64,000 nt of DNA from Candidatus Poribacteria bacterium. Its GTDB lineage: Bacteria; Poribacteria; WGA-4E; JAJDTR01. Location of the stretch: NCBI GenBank assembly GCA_965222225.1, contig CBDCTK010000002.1:2624001-2688000 (forward strand), in the 5' to 3' direction. Each line of letters opens with the position of its first letter. Positions within the stretch are counted from its first letter, which is position 1. The notes beneath the pieces are model-generated. The model was not told the origin of the DNA. It was given only the letters and a program-made list of their open reading frames with translations, and ran no database searches. The position numbers and the translations under genes are program-made. Of the stretch, positions 30,616-40,800 are shown in pieces.

Positions 30616-32598
30616 GAATTGGTTCGCCACAAACACCAAATCAAATACATTAATGACCCCGTCCCCGTTCACGTCTCCCTCGGGCTTGTCGGTGCCGAAG
30701 GCTTGGGCAACCAGTGTCAAGTCAAGGATATTCACCACCCCATCGCCGTTGACATCTGCTGGATTCTTCGGTTTCACCCGCAGATACATCTCCCCGTCGA
30801 GGTTCGGCAACGTGTGCTCGGTGTTCATCAAACGGCTGGCGACGCCTTGCGCTTCTTCAGGCAGGGTGATTATCTGGGGGGCGCCGCTGTGATTGTAGAC
30901 CGCCCAGCCGTTCGTGTATTCGCGGATGTAGAGCCCCGGGCGATTGTCGTAAAGCTGCGCTTTCGCTTCACTTAACGGGCGCCCAAGGTCGGCGTCCCAG
31001 AAGTCGTACCAGTAGTGCTCGTGACCCTCGCCCAAGTTAAAAAGTACGTAGCCATTGGAATGTGTGAGGCTTAGGGTTGTGAACGCACGCATCCAACGGA
31101 GATTTGCCGGATCGTCGGGGGATTTAGTGGGAATCCCCCAACCTTCGAGTGCGTTAACTTGCGGTTCTCTTAAGTTCTGCTCTAACCAGAGCAGAGAGGT
31201 TTCAACTTCATTGAGTAGCGCTTCGAGATGGCCTCCGGTTAAAGTATGAGGCACTATTGTTTCCATGAAGCCGCCGTTGATATGAGGCGCTGTCCTTGGA
31301 ATTGTGTGACGATTGGTATTTCCCATTATCAGGAAAGCGGGTCTAGTTCCAGCGCGAATGCGCAGCAGGATATTATCCCTTGCTTCTTGCTCTGCTTCAT
31401 TTCCTCGATATTTGTGCGACCAATCGCCGTATAGATCGGCAAGAATAGCGCCATCTTCGTTCCACCAGTCAAAGTGAATGCCGTCGTATAAGCCGCACTT
31501 GGAAACAGCGATTGCCTGCTGGACAATTCGATCCTGAATGTCAGGGTGGGTGAAATCAATTAAACCGTATATTCCCGCCCAAGCGTTGACGATATTTCCA
31601 TCGGAGTCTCTTATCCAGTATGGCCAATCTTCGGGGAATTCGTCAAGCGCGTAGGACCTCATTCTAATGTCGGCGATGAAGAGCATGTTCGGATTTAGGG
31701 CGAGAAACTCATCACGTCTTTTTATTGCTTCGTCTACGCTGCCCGCCATTATAAATTCGTTGGATGTGTCCCTAAATGTCAATCCAAATTGAGGGACACT
31801 GAACCACAAATCATGGCTCGCCACGTTTTCGACACCTGATAAATCGGGACGATTGAGAATAGAAACCCAATTTGGGCCAGCCCATGCCGTGAAAATAGAA
31901 GGGTAGTCTCTATCTTTTATTCTATCGTGTATTGGAAGTGGCGGGAGTTCGCAGAATTCATCGTATAAAAAATCGGTTAAAGCGAGACCATCAAGCGGAG
32001 TGTAGTCATTGACGAGGTTACCTCGAATGTCTAATGTCTCCAATTCTACCAAATTTGCGAGCGGGCTAATATTTGCAATGTGGTTGTCGCTCAGGTACAA
32101 TTCGGTGAGTTGTGTGAGATTCGCGAGTGGTGTAACATCGACGATGCGGTTGCCCTCGAGTCGCAACGTAACAAGGTTTGGTAGGCTTGCGATCGGACTG
32201 ATATCGATAATCCGGTTAAACCTGACGTTTAGACCGGTTAGATTAACGAGGTTTGATAGCGATGTTATATCTGAGATGGAGCAAGCGGCTATATCAAGAT
32301 AGCTCAATCTTTCGAGGTTGGCTATCGGTGCGAGTTCGGCAAGAGGATTTCCCCATAGAGACAGACTTTTCAGATTCGTTGCGTGTTCCAAGCCGGTGAG
32401 GTGCATTATGTCGTGGCGGGCGGCGCCTAGGCTTTCTAGCCGCAGCATGTCTTCTTTTGTGATCCTACTGCCGGGGAGCAGTTGGAGTTCACCGCGAATT
32501 GCAGCTTGGAGGTTGGGGTCTGGGATGTCGACGACTTGGGCGTGGGCGGCGATGCAGAGGATAAGGAGGAGGAATAACCGGGAGATGTGTTTGATCAT
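30613..32598 (-). CDS. Exported LRR + putative glycoside hydrolase (GHL15-like TIM barrel) + dockerin protein
   Basis: Signal peptide, IPDPNL cap plus LRRs, 'IDFTHPDIQ...YDGIHFD...GGFME...WYDFWDADLGRP', twin DVNGDGVVNILDL dockerin motifs. Confidence 0.8.
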   Translation of the reverse strand: MIKHISRLFLLLILCIAAHAQVVDIPDPNLQAAIRGELQLLPGSRITKEDMLRLESLGAARHDIMHLTGLEHATNLKSLSLWGNPLAELAPIANLERLSYLDIAACSISDITSLSNLVNLTGLNVRFNRIIDISPIASLPNLVTLRLEGNRIVDVTPLANLTQLTELYLSDNHIANISPLANLVELETLDIRGNLVNDYTPLDGLALTDFLYDEFCELPPLPIHDRIKDRDYPSIFTAWAGPNWVSILNRPDLSGVENVASHDLWFSVPQFGLTFRDTSNEFIMAGSVDEAIKRRDEFLALNPNMLFIADIRMRSYALDEFPEDWPYWIRDSDGNIVNAWAGIYGLIDFTHPDIQDRIVQQAIAVSKCGLYDGIHFDWWNEDGAILADLYGDWSHKYRGNEAEQEARDNILLRIRAGTRPAFLIMGNTNRHTIPRTAPHINGGFMETIVPHTLTGGHLEALLNEVETSLLWLEQNLREPQVNALEGWGIPTKSPDDPANLRWMRAFTTLSLTHSNGYVLFNLGEGHEHYWYDFWDADLGRPLSEAKAQLYDNRPGLYIREYTNGWAVYNHSGAPQIITLPEEAQGVASRLMNTEHTLPNLDGEMYLRVKPKNPADVNGDGVVNILDLTLVAQAFGTDKPEGDVNGDGVINVFDLVFVANQF

Positions 32599-32788
32599 GG
32601 GTGTTCTCCTGAATGCGGTGTTGGTGTTTTCTCGGAGCTATTTTGCAGGAAAGGAACAGGGTTTTCAAGAGAAAACGATGGAAGAGAAGAAATCGGGTAT
32701 TTGGTGATTTCAAATCCCAACCCACGCAATTGCGGAGGGAAGAAACCAAGTTTTCAGGAAAAAACTCGGTTTCAACAGGGTGCTGGGC

Positions 32789-34456
32789 TTACACGCGCAT
32801 GACGACGGGCAGCACCATCGGACGGCGGTCGGTCTTTTTCGCGAAGAACCGGCGCAGCACAGTTCGTACCTCCGCCTGCACGGTTTCGGTCTCGCTCTTG
32901 CTCTCCAAACTCATGTGATCTAGCGCATGAATGACGACGTTTTTGGCTTCGTTCATCAAGTCTTCCGATTCATCCATGTAGACAAACCCCCTGGAGACCA
33001 TGTCGGGTCCGTCGACCAAATCCCCGCTGTTGCTGTCTAGCACCGTAATCGGAATCACCATGCCATCTTGCGAGAGTTGATGCCGATCGTGGAGCACGAT
33101 GTCCTCAACCCCAAGATCGATATGTCCATCGACCAAGACGCGGCCTGCCGGGATCTTGTCTCGGATGTCGCACGAGTCAGGGGTAAGCAGCACACAATCT
33201 CCGTTCTCGGCAACGGTGATGTTTTCGTTCGGCACCCCTACTGTCTCGGCGAGTTCAGCGTGCTTAACGAGGTTGCTATATTCGCCGTGCATCGGTATGA
33301 AAAACTTGGGACGCACAAGGTTGAGCATCAATTTCAGGTCTTCCTGCGCCCCGTGTCCGGAAACATGAACGTTGGCATTTTTTTCGTTGAGAACGTGTGC
33401 GCCGCGTCGTAGGAGGTGGTTGATCATGTTGCCGACCGATCTTTCATTCCCCGGAATAATTCGGGCGGAGATAACGACGGTGTCTTCCGGCTCAACTCGC
33501 AAAAAGGCATGGTTGTCCAGCGCCATGAGCGCCATCGCGGAGCGCGGTTCACCCTGACTTCCGGTGCTCAAGACGGCGACCTCGTGCGGACTGAACTGGT
33601 GAACCTCGCGCGGGTTGATCAGCAAGTCAGGCGGCACGTTGAGGTATCCGAGTTCGGAAGCTGTACGGATGTTGTTGACCAAAGAGCGCCCGCTGACCGC
33701 AACCAGGCGGTGGTGCCTCTGCGCGAGTTCCACAAATTGTTGGATGCGGTGGAGACTTGAGGAGAAGGTGGAGAAGAAAAGCCGGTGCTTGACGTTTTTA
33801 AAAATTTGGTCGAGATCGTCATAGATGCTGAGTTCTGAGGGGGTCAAGCCGGGACGGTCGGCGTTCGTGCTGTCGGAGACGAGGAGCAGCACCCCTTTTT
33901 GGCCGAGCGCAGCCAGCTTGTGCATCTCCGTGAGTCGATTATCTCCAGGGGTGAGATCGAACTTGAAGTCGCCCGTATGAACAATGACCCCGACCGGCGT
34001 GTGAAGCGCAATCGCAACCGCATCGGGAATACTGTGGGTGACGTGGATGAATTCCATGTTGAAGCTACCGAGTTGCAGCGGTTCGTCGGGGGTGATGACG
34101 TTCAACTCCGCGTCCTTGAGGACATCGTATTCGCGCAGTCTTCCTTTCGCTATGGCGAGCGTCAACGCCGTGCCGTAAACAGGAGCGTTGATTTGACGAA
34201 GGAACAACGCAAGGGCGCCGATGTGATCCTCGTGCGCGTGGGTGAGGATGATTCCCCGTACTTTGTGCCGGTTTTCGATTAGATAGGTCAGATCCGGGAA
34301 CACCAGGTCTACGCCGGGCATGTCGGGTTCGGGAAACATTAGACCGGCGTCGATAACGATGAGATCCTCACCGTATTCGTACGCCATCATATTCAAGCCA
34401 AATTCCCCTAAACCGCCAATGGGAATGATTGACACTCCGTTTTCAGTTTCAGACAT
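32789..34456 (-). CDS. rnj: Ribonuclease J
   Basis: GGLGEFGLNM, LTHAHEDHIG, HSIPD, HTGDFK, SDSTN, TGSQGEP, HVSGH, PMHGE. Confidence 0.96.
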   Translation of the reverse strand: MSETENGVSIIPIGGLGEFGLNMMAYEYGEDLIVIDAGLMFPEPDMPGVDLVFPDLTYLIENRHKVRGIILTHAHEDHIGALALFLRQINAPVYGTALTLAIAKGRLREYDVLKDAELNVITPDEPLQLGSFNMEFIHVTHSIPDAVAIALHTPVGVIVHTGDFKFDLTPGDNRLTEMHKLAALGQKGVLLLVSDSTNADRPGLTPSELSIYDDLDQIFKNVKHRLFFSTFSSSLHRIQQFVELAQRHHRLVAVSGRSLVNNIRTASELGYLNVPPDLLINPREVHQFSPHEVAVLSTGSQGEPRSAMALMALDNHAFLRVEPEDTVVISARIIPGNERSVGNMINHLLRRGAHVLNEKNANVHVSGHGAQEDLKLMLNLVRPKFFIPMHGEYSNLVKHAELAETVGVPNENITVAENGDCVLLTPDSCDIRDKIPAGRVLVDGHIDLGVEDIVLHDRHQLSQDGMVIPITVLDSNSGDLVDGPDMVSRGFVYMDESEDLMNEAKNVVIHALDHMSLESKSETETVQAEVRTVLRRFFAKKTDRRPMVLPVVMRV

Positions 34457-34504
34457 TCAGTTTTACCTCTTCATCATAATTCTTCAGGTGACCCCGTGCC
34501 CCGC

Positions 34505-37054
34505 TTACACGACGATGTTCACCAATCGATTGGGAACGACGATTACCTTTCGCACCGTTTTCCCGGTGATGTGATTTTGCACGCGCTCGTCCGCAAGCGC
34601 GGCGGCTTCCGCCTCTTCGTTGGTGGCATCCACAGCGAGTTGGACGCGCCCCCGTAGTTTGCCGTTGACCTGCACGACGATGGTGACTTCTTCGCGCTTG
34701 AGCGCTTCCGGATCGCAGATTGGCCAAGACGCATGAGCGATGAGTGTCGCCTCGCCGAGCCGCGCCCAGAGTTCTTCGGCAATGTGCGGCGCGTAGGGGG
34801 CGAGCAACCGGAGGAACGTCTTTACCACCTCTTTCGGGGCAGATTTCGATTGTGTGGCGGCATTGACAAACACCATCATGTGGCTAATGGCGGTGTTCAT
34901 CTTGTCGATTGATTCCGTATCCTCGGTAACGTCCTTGATAGCTTGGTTCAATACCTTCCACAGTTCAAGATCGCTATCAATGGGCGCATCGGTCAGCTTG
35001 GTGTTGAGTTCGCCCGTATCTTCGTCAATCACGAGCCGCCACACCCGCTGAAGGAATCGATAGACACCGTCCACGCCGCGCGTCTGCCACGGGGCGCTGA
35101 CGCTCAGGGGACCGATAAACAGTTCATACAGACGCAGCGCATCGGCGCCATACGCATCGGTTGCCTCCTCCGTTGTCACGATGTTAAAGCGAGACTTGGA
35201 CATCTTCTCAATCTGGGTGTTCGCCCGCACGCCGGATGCTTTAACGAACCACTCCGCATCCCGATTCTCCACCTCTTTCGGGGAGTAGTATTTGCCGTTA
35301 TCGTCCTGATAGGAATAGGCGAGAATCATGCCCTGATTAAAGAGTTTTTGGAACGGTTCCTTCGTGGAAACAAGCCCGCAGTCGTACAGAACTTTGTGCC
35401 AAAACCGCGCGTAGAGCAGGTGCAGAACGGCGTGTTCCGCGCCACCCACGTAGAGGTCAACCGGCATCCAGTATCGTTCCGTCTCGGCAGACCAGGGTTC
35501 AAGCGTGTTTTGCGGATCCATGTATCGCAGATAGTACCAACAAGATCCCGCCCACTGAGGCATGGTATTCGTTTCGCGCATCCCTTTCCGCCCGTCCGGC
35601 AAGGTGACCATTAGCCAGTCGTCGGAGGCACGTGCTAGAGGCGGCTCGCCTCCGGCTGTCGGTTTATACTCGTTAATCGGAGGCAGCTCTACCGGAAGTT
35701 CGCTCTCCGGGAGGGGCATAATCGTTCCATCCTCCAACTGCACCGTGGGGAAGGGTTCGCCCCAGTAACGTTGGCGCGAAAACAGCCAATCGCGCAGGCG
35801 GTATTGCACCTGGCGTTTCGCTTTCCCATCAGCTTCAAGCCGCTCAATCATCTTCGTTTTCGCAGCTTGAACGTCGAGACCGTTGAGAAATCCGCTGTTA
35901 ATGGCAGGTCCATCGCCGAGATAGGGGCCTCCCTCAAAGTCATCCGGCGGTTGAACGGTGCGGACAATGGGTAGATTGTACGCTTCTGCAAACTCCCAGT
36001 CGCGGTCATCCTGAGCGGGCACAGCCATAATAGCTCCCGTGCCGTACGCCATCAGTACGTAGTCGGCAACCCAGATAGGAATTGCTTTCTCATTCGCCGG
36101 GTTAACCGCATAAGCCCCCGTGAAAACGCCGGTTTTTTCCTTGGCGAGATCGGTTCGTTGCAGATCGGTTTTGTTCCTCGCGTCCTCAATGTAGGACTCC
36201 ACAGCGGATCGATGCTCTTCCGCCGTGAGTTTTTCAACCAGCGGGTGCTCCGGCGCAAAGACGCAGTACGTCGCGCCGAACAGCGTATCCGGTCGAGTGG
36301 TGAAGACGGAAAATGAAAGGTCGGAATCCTTTATCCTGAACTCTAGCTCCGCGCCCTCCGATTTACCGATCCAGTTCCGCTGCATCTCCTTAATCCCTTC
36401 GGGCCAATCAAGTTCTTCAATGTCCTCTAACAGTCGCTCGGCATATGCGGTAATCCTCAGCATCCACTGCCGCATCAAGCGTTGCTCAACCGGATCGCCG
36501 GTTTCCACGTACTTCCCGTCCTTGACCTCCTCGTTAGAGAGAACCGTTCCCAGTGCGGGACACCAGTTGACAGGAATGTCGTCAAGGTACGCCAATCCTT
36601 TCTCGTGCAGTTTCAGGAAAATCCATTGCGTCCATCGGTAGTAGTCGGGTGCGGAAGTGCTTATCTCTCTGTCCCAATCGTAGGAGAAACCGATGCGTTT
36701 TATCTGTTCGCGGAATTTGTCGATGTTTCTGCTCGTCACGATAGCCGGATGGATGTTCTCGCGCTCGGCGGTGCGTTCGATTGTCAGCCCGAACGAATCC
36801 CAGCCCATCGGATGCAGCACATTATAGCCCTGCATGCGTTTCATGCGAGCCAACACGTCCGTGGAGGTGTAACCTTTGGGGTGGCCAACGTGCAGTCCTG
36901 CGCCGGAGGTGTAAGGAAACATATCAAGGATGTAATACTTCGGTTTTCCTTTCCGAGCTTCAGGGTCGTCGGAAGTGCGGAACGTTTTTCGTTCATCCCA
37001 GATGCGTTGCCATTTCGGCTCAATGGCACCGGGCTGATATGAGTGTTCTGTCAT
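34505..37054 (-). CDS. leuS: Leucine--tRNA ligase
   Basis: [14 protein letters not shown] (HIGH), editing domain [21 protein letters not shown]. Confidence 0.98.
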   Translation of the reverse strand: MTEHSYQPGAIEPKWQRIWDERKTFRTSDDPEARKGKPKYYILDMFPYTSGAGLHVGHPKGYTSTDVLARMKRMQGYNVLHPMGWDSFGLTIERTAERENIHPAIVTSRNIDKFREQIKRIGFSYDWDREISTSAPDYYRWTQWIFLKLHEKGLAYLDDIPVNWCPALGTVLSNEEVKDGKYVETGDPVEQRLMRQWMLRITAYAERLLEDIEELDWPEGIKEMQRNWIGKSEGAELEFRIKDSDLSFSVFTTRPDTLFGATYCVFAPEHPLVEKLTAEEHRSAVESYIEDARNKTDLQRTDLAKEKTGVFTGAYAVNPANEKAIPIWVADYVLMAYGTGAIMAVPAQDDRDWEFAEAYNLPIVRTVQPPDDFEGGPYLGDGPAINSGFLNGLDVQAAKTKMIERLEADGKAKRQVQYRLRDWLFSRQRYWGEPFPTVQLEDGTIMPLPESELPVELPPINEYKPTAGGEPPLARASDDWLMVTLPDGRKGMRETNTMPQWAGSCWYYLRYMDPQNTLEPWSAETERYWMPVDLYVGGAEHAVLHLLYARFWHKVLYDCGLVSTKEPFQKLFNQGMILAYSYQDDNGKYYSPKEVENRDAEWFVKASGVRANTQIEKMSKSRFNIVTTEEATDAYGADALRLYELFIGPLSVSAPWQTRGVDGVYRFLQRVWRLVIDEDTGELNTKLTDAPIDSDLELWKVLNQAIKDVTEDTESIDKMNTAISHMMVFVNAATQSKSAPKEVVKTFLRLLAPYAPHIAEELWARLGEATLIAHASWPICDPEALKREEVTIVVQVNGKLRGRVQLAVDATNEEAEAAALADERVQNHITGKTVRKVIVVPNRLVNIVV

Positions 37055-37137
37055 TTCGGTTTCTCCTCAATTCGTCAACTTGTGCAATTGGCTATGGCTC
37101 CTAGGTTTAAGTCGTGTTCTTTTGATTCGCTAACAGC

Positions 37138-37179
37138 AAATAAAAAGCCCACCACCGAAGGGGAGTTCGATGATGGGCT
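37138..37179 (-). terminator. Intrinsic terminator in the leuS leader (attenuator 3:4 stem)
   Basis: Minus strand AGCCCATCATCGAA-CTCCCC-TTCGGTGGTGGGCT-TTTTATTT: 14-bp stem with two G-U pairs plus U-tract. Confidence 0.88.
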
Positions 37180-37207
37180 GTAAATCGGGAATCGGTATGA
37201 ATGCAGT

Positions 37208-37327
37208 CTAACGTCTCCTCAATACGCCTCCGCCCATCACGCAAGGCAATCGCAATAACTCCGAAAGAACGTTCTGTTGGGGAGCGATGGGGTGGCGGTT
37301 GTTGATGGGCGCGGGTTGGAAAAACAT
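37208..37327 (-). CDS. Putative leuS leader (attenuator) peptide, 39 aa
   Basis: GGAG RBS; MFFQPAPINNRHPIAPQQNVLSELLRLPCVMGGGVLRRR*; Leu codons CTT, TTA, TTG, TTG at codons 21-27. Confidence 0.7.
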   Translation of the reverse strand: MFFQPAPINNRHPIAPQQNVLSELLRLPCVMGGGVLRRR

Positions 37328-37375
37328 GATTAAGGACTCCGAATAAGAATATCAACTTCATAGGATGTTATTGGA

Positions 37376-37404
37376 ATTATACCAGATGAAGCGGACAAAG
37401 TCAA
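37376..37404 (-). promoter_or_regulatory. Consensus sigma70 promoter of the leuS leader
   Basis: Minus strand TTGACT-17 nt-TATAAT with extended -10 TG. Confidence 0.8.
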
Positions 37405-37636
37405 ACCAATTGGGGTAATCTCGCAAGGCGATTGCATCTGGTATTGGTCGTGGAGGCGCCCTTGTTCACACTTCGTCTTCTGTAGGAGCGATCTTCGATC
37501 ATCAAATCGAAGATGGAATCCCCTTTGCTCGCGACAGAAGGTCGAGATCTGGAGAGGGATCTCTATCGCACTGGGATCTCTATCGTCCTCGCTATTCACT
37601 CGGTTGATCTATTCGTTCGGTTGATCTCATTTAATC

Positions 37637-37792
37637 CCGCTGGAGTGCAAGACATTGCCAACACTTTGTCGGATTCTCTCGAAAATCAGATGCGGTTCTT
37701 CTGTTTTGTCTACGAAACGGAATTGACCATATACTTCCCCTCTGCTAGAATATGACGCACTTGAAGAGATTTAAATCCTAATCGCCCGGAAA
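37637..37792 (+). repeat. ~155-bp diverged direct repeat containing a promoter (copy 1)
   Basis: Aligns by eye with 43364-43521; contains TTGACC-17-TAGAAT at 37723-37751. Confidence 0.85.
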
Positions 37793-37828
37793 ACTGTGTT
37801 AACCGTATCGCTGACGACTGACAACCCT

Positions 37829-40800
37829 ATGGGTGCAGAGCGAGACACAACCACAAATCTCTCCGAACATTGCCTCTCGCTAGACCTCGAAGTCGGCGTT
37901 GAGGACTGCCGTATCCATGCCTTCGCGGCGGTGCGTCCGGATACGGGGCAACCCCTCCTCTTTCCCGCGGGGAGCAGCAGCTTGGCTGCGGCATTGAACA
38001 AGCTGGACGACTTTGCCGATGGCGTAGATTTCGTACTGGGCCACAATCTGATTGATTTCGATTTACCCCACCTGCAAGCCGCTGCCCCCAATCTACGGCT
38101 ATTGCGGCTGCCCGTCGTAGACACTCTGAGACTCAATCCCCTAGCCTTCCCTAGCAACCCGTATCACCACTTGGTTAAGCATTATCAAGACGGGCAAATC
38201 AAACGCGGGCGCATCAACGCCCCGGACCTGGATGCCAGACTTGCCCTGGAGGTCTTCGACGACCAGCAAAAGGCTCTCCGCAATGCATCGTCCGACTTGT
38301 TGACGGCTTGGCATTGGCTGACCACGGCGGTCAATGGCGCGGGATTCGATAGGTTTTTCACGTCACTGCGAGGCTCGGCAAGGCCCACCGACACCGAAGC
38401 GTCTGACGCAATTGACACCCTACTAAGTGGCAAGGCGTGCCAGACGCACGCTAGCGAGTCGATAGCAAATGCAGACCGGCACGCTTGGGAGTTGGCGTAT
38501 GCCCTAGCATGGATCTCGGTGTCCGGAGGCAATTCGGTCATGCCTCCTTGGGTGCGGCATCAATTTCCCGAGGCGGGACGGTTGGTGCGCCGGCTGCGCG
38601 ACACCTCGTGCGCCGATGCCGGCTGCGACTGGTGTCGGGAGCAGCACGACGCCGAAAAGGAACTTACCCGCTTGTTCGGCTTTGCCGACTTTCGGACAGA
38701 GCCGACGGACGATGCCGGGCGATCCATCCAGCAGGCCATCGTCAAAGCCGCGATGGCGCGCGAGCATGCGCTGGGAATCCTGCCGACCGGTAGCGGCAAG
38801 TCGCTTTGCTATCAGCTCCCGGCGCTGTCTCGCTACGACAAGACGGGTGCCCTAACGGTGGTAATCTCGCCATTGGTTGCCCTCATGGCAGACCAGGTGG
38901 CGGGGCTTGAGGCGCGGGAGATCGTTTGCTGCGCCACCATAAACGGGCTGCTGTCGATGCCCGAGCGAGCGGATGCCCTGGACCGAGTGCGCTTGGGAGA
39001 TGCGGGGATCGTCCTGATTGCACCGGAGCAGCTTCGCAGCGTCTCCTTCCGCAGGGCGCTGGAGCAGCGCGAAATCGGCGCCTGGGTGCTGGACGAGGCG
39101 CACTGCCTCTCGAAGTGGGGGCACGACTTTCGGCCCGATTACCGGTACGTGGGTCGTTTCATCCGCGAAAAGGCTGGGGAGCAGCCGGTGCCGCCCGTGT
39201 TGTGCCTGACGGCGACCGCCAAGCCAGATGTGAAGGCGGAAATCGTGAACTATTTCCGTGAGGCGCTTGACATCACGCTGAAGGTCTTCGATGGCGGTTC
39301 CCGACGAACGAATCTGGAGTTTGTGGTCGTGCAGACGACCGGCGGCGAGAAATATTCCCATATCTACCAGATTATTACAGCGGATCTGCCGACAGATGAA
39401 CCGAGCGGCGCCATCGTGTACTGCGCCACTCGGCGGCAGACTGAAGAGATTTCCGAATTCTTGCAGGCAAAGGAACTGACGGCAGACCACTTTCATGCAG
39501 GACTGCTGCCGGAGAAAAAGAAGCATGTCCAGCAGAGTTTCATCCGTGGCGATCTGCGAGTTATCGCTGCCACGAACGCTTTTGGCATGGGAATAGATAA
39601 GCCGGACGTGCGGCTGGTGATCCATGCCGACATCCCCGGTTCCTTGGAGAATTACCTGCAGGAGGCGGGGCGCGCCGGGCGGGACCAGAATGCGGCGCGC
39701 TGCGTGTTGCTGTACACGCCGGAAGATGTGGAGCGCCAGTTTGGCATGTCGGCGTATTCTCGGCTCACGCGGCGGGAAATCCACGGCGTCCTGAGGGCAC
39801 TGCGGAATTTGGACCGGAAAAATCGCCTGGGCGGCGAGGTGGTAGCCACCGTCGGTGAAATCCTCCTTGAGGACGAAGACAAAGCCTTCGAGCGGGATTC
39901 GGCAACCGACGACAACCGCGTGCGCACCGCAGTGGCGTGGCTGGAGGAGGCGGTGCTGCTGAGCCGAGAGGAGAACGACGTAAGGGTGTTTCCGTCCTCG
40001 CTGCGCGTGCGTTCAAAGGAGGAGGCATGCGCCAAGCTGGAGAAGGCTCGCATCAGAGATGCCTATCGTCGTCAACTGTTGACCATCGTTGAGAGGCTGA
40101 TCGAGGCAGATCCGGACGAAGGAATCTCCACGGACGAGTTGATGGCGGCATCCGGTCTGACTCCGGAAAGGGTGCGAGGCGCGCTCTACGACCTGGAACA
40201 ATTGGGTATCGCAAGTAACGACACAGTGTTGACCGCCTTCGTACACACAGGGGTGGAGCGCTCATCGCGGAAACGCTACGACGAGGCGGCGGCACTGGAG
40301 AGTGCCCTGATTGACATTCTACGCGAAACGGCTCCCGATATGGTCAAGGGCGAGAGTTCCATGCTGCATCTCCGGGTCGCCACCCAACGGCTCAAGGAGG
40401 AGGGTCATACCTCCGCCCTGCCGGAACGCCTATGGCGGATCGTCCGAAGCATCGCCGCCGACGGGCGTGGCGAGGGTAGCGGCGGGGGAAGCCTCGGTGT
40501 GCGAGGGCATGATGGAGAGACTGTGCAGGTGACATTACAACGCGAGTGGAATGCGTTGGAGGAGACCGCCAGGATGCGCCGGGAAGCCGCGGTACACCTC
40601 CTCGAACATCTACTTGCCAGCCTACCGCCGGGAAGCCGAGGCACAGACCTGCTTGCGGAGACGACCTTAGGCAAGTTGCTGATGGAGGTCAAGTCGGACC
40701 AGATTTTAATGAGCCGAGTCAAGAACCCTGTCAAGTTGATGGAGCGTGCTCTGCTTTGGCTGCACGAGCAGGAGGTCGTCCAGTTGAATAAAGGTTTGGC

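Noticed and set aside
37107-37361. 84-aa minus-strand ORF from the track as the leuS leader peptide
   Set aside because: Non-ATG start without RBS, and it reads through the terminator; the 39-aa frame has an RBS and stops before the stem.
37055-37400. T-box riboswitch upstream of leuS
   Set aside because: No T-box consensus (GGTGGNACCGCG) or stem I motifs seen; the leader-peptide attenuator explains the region better.
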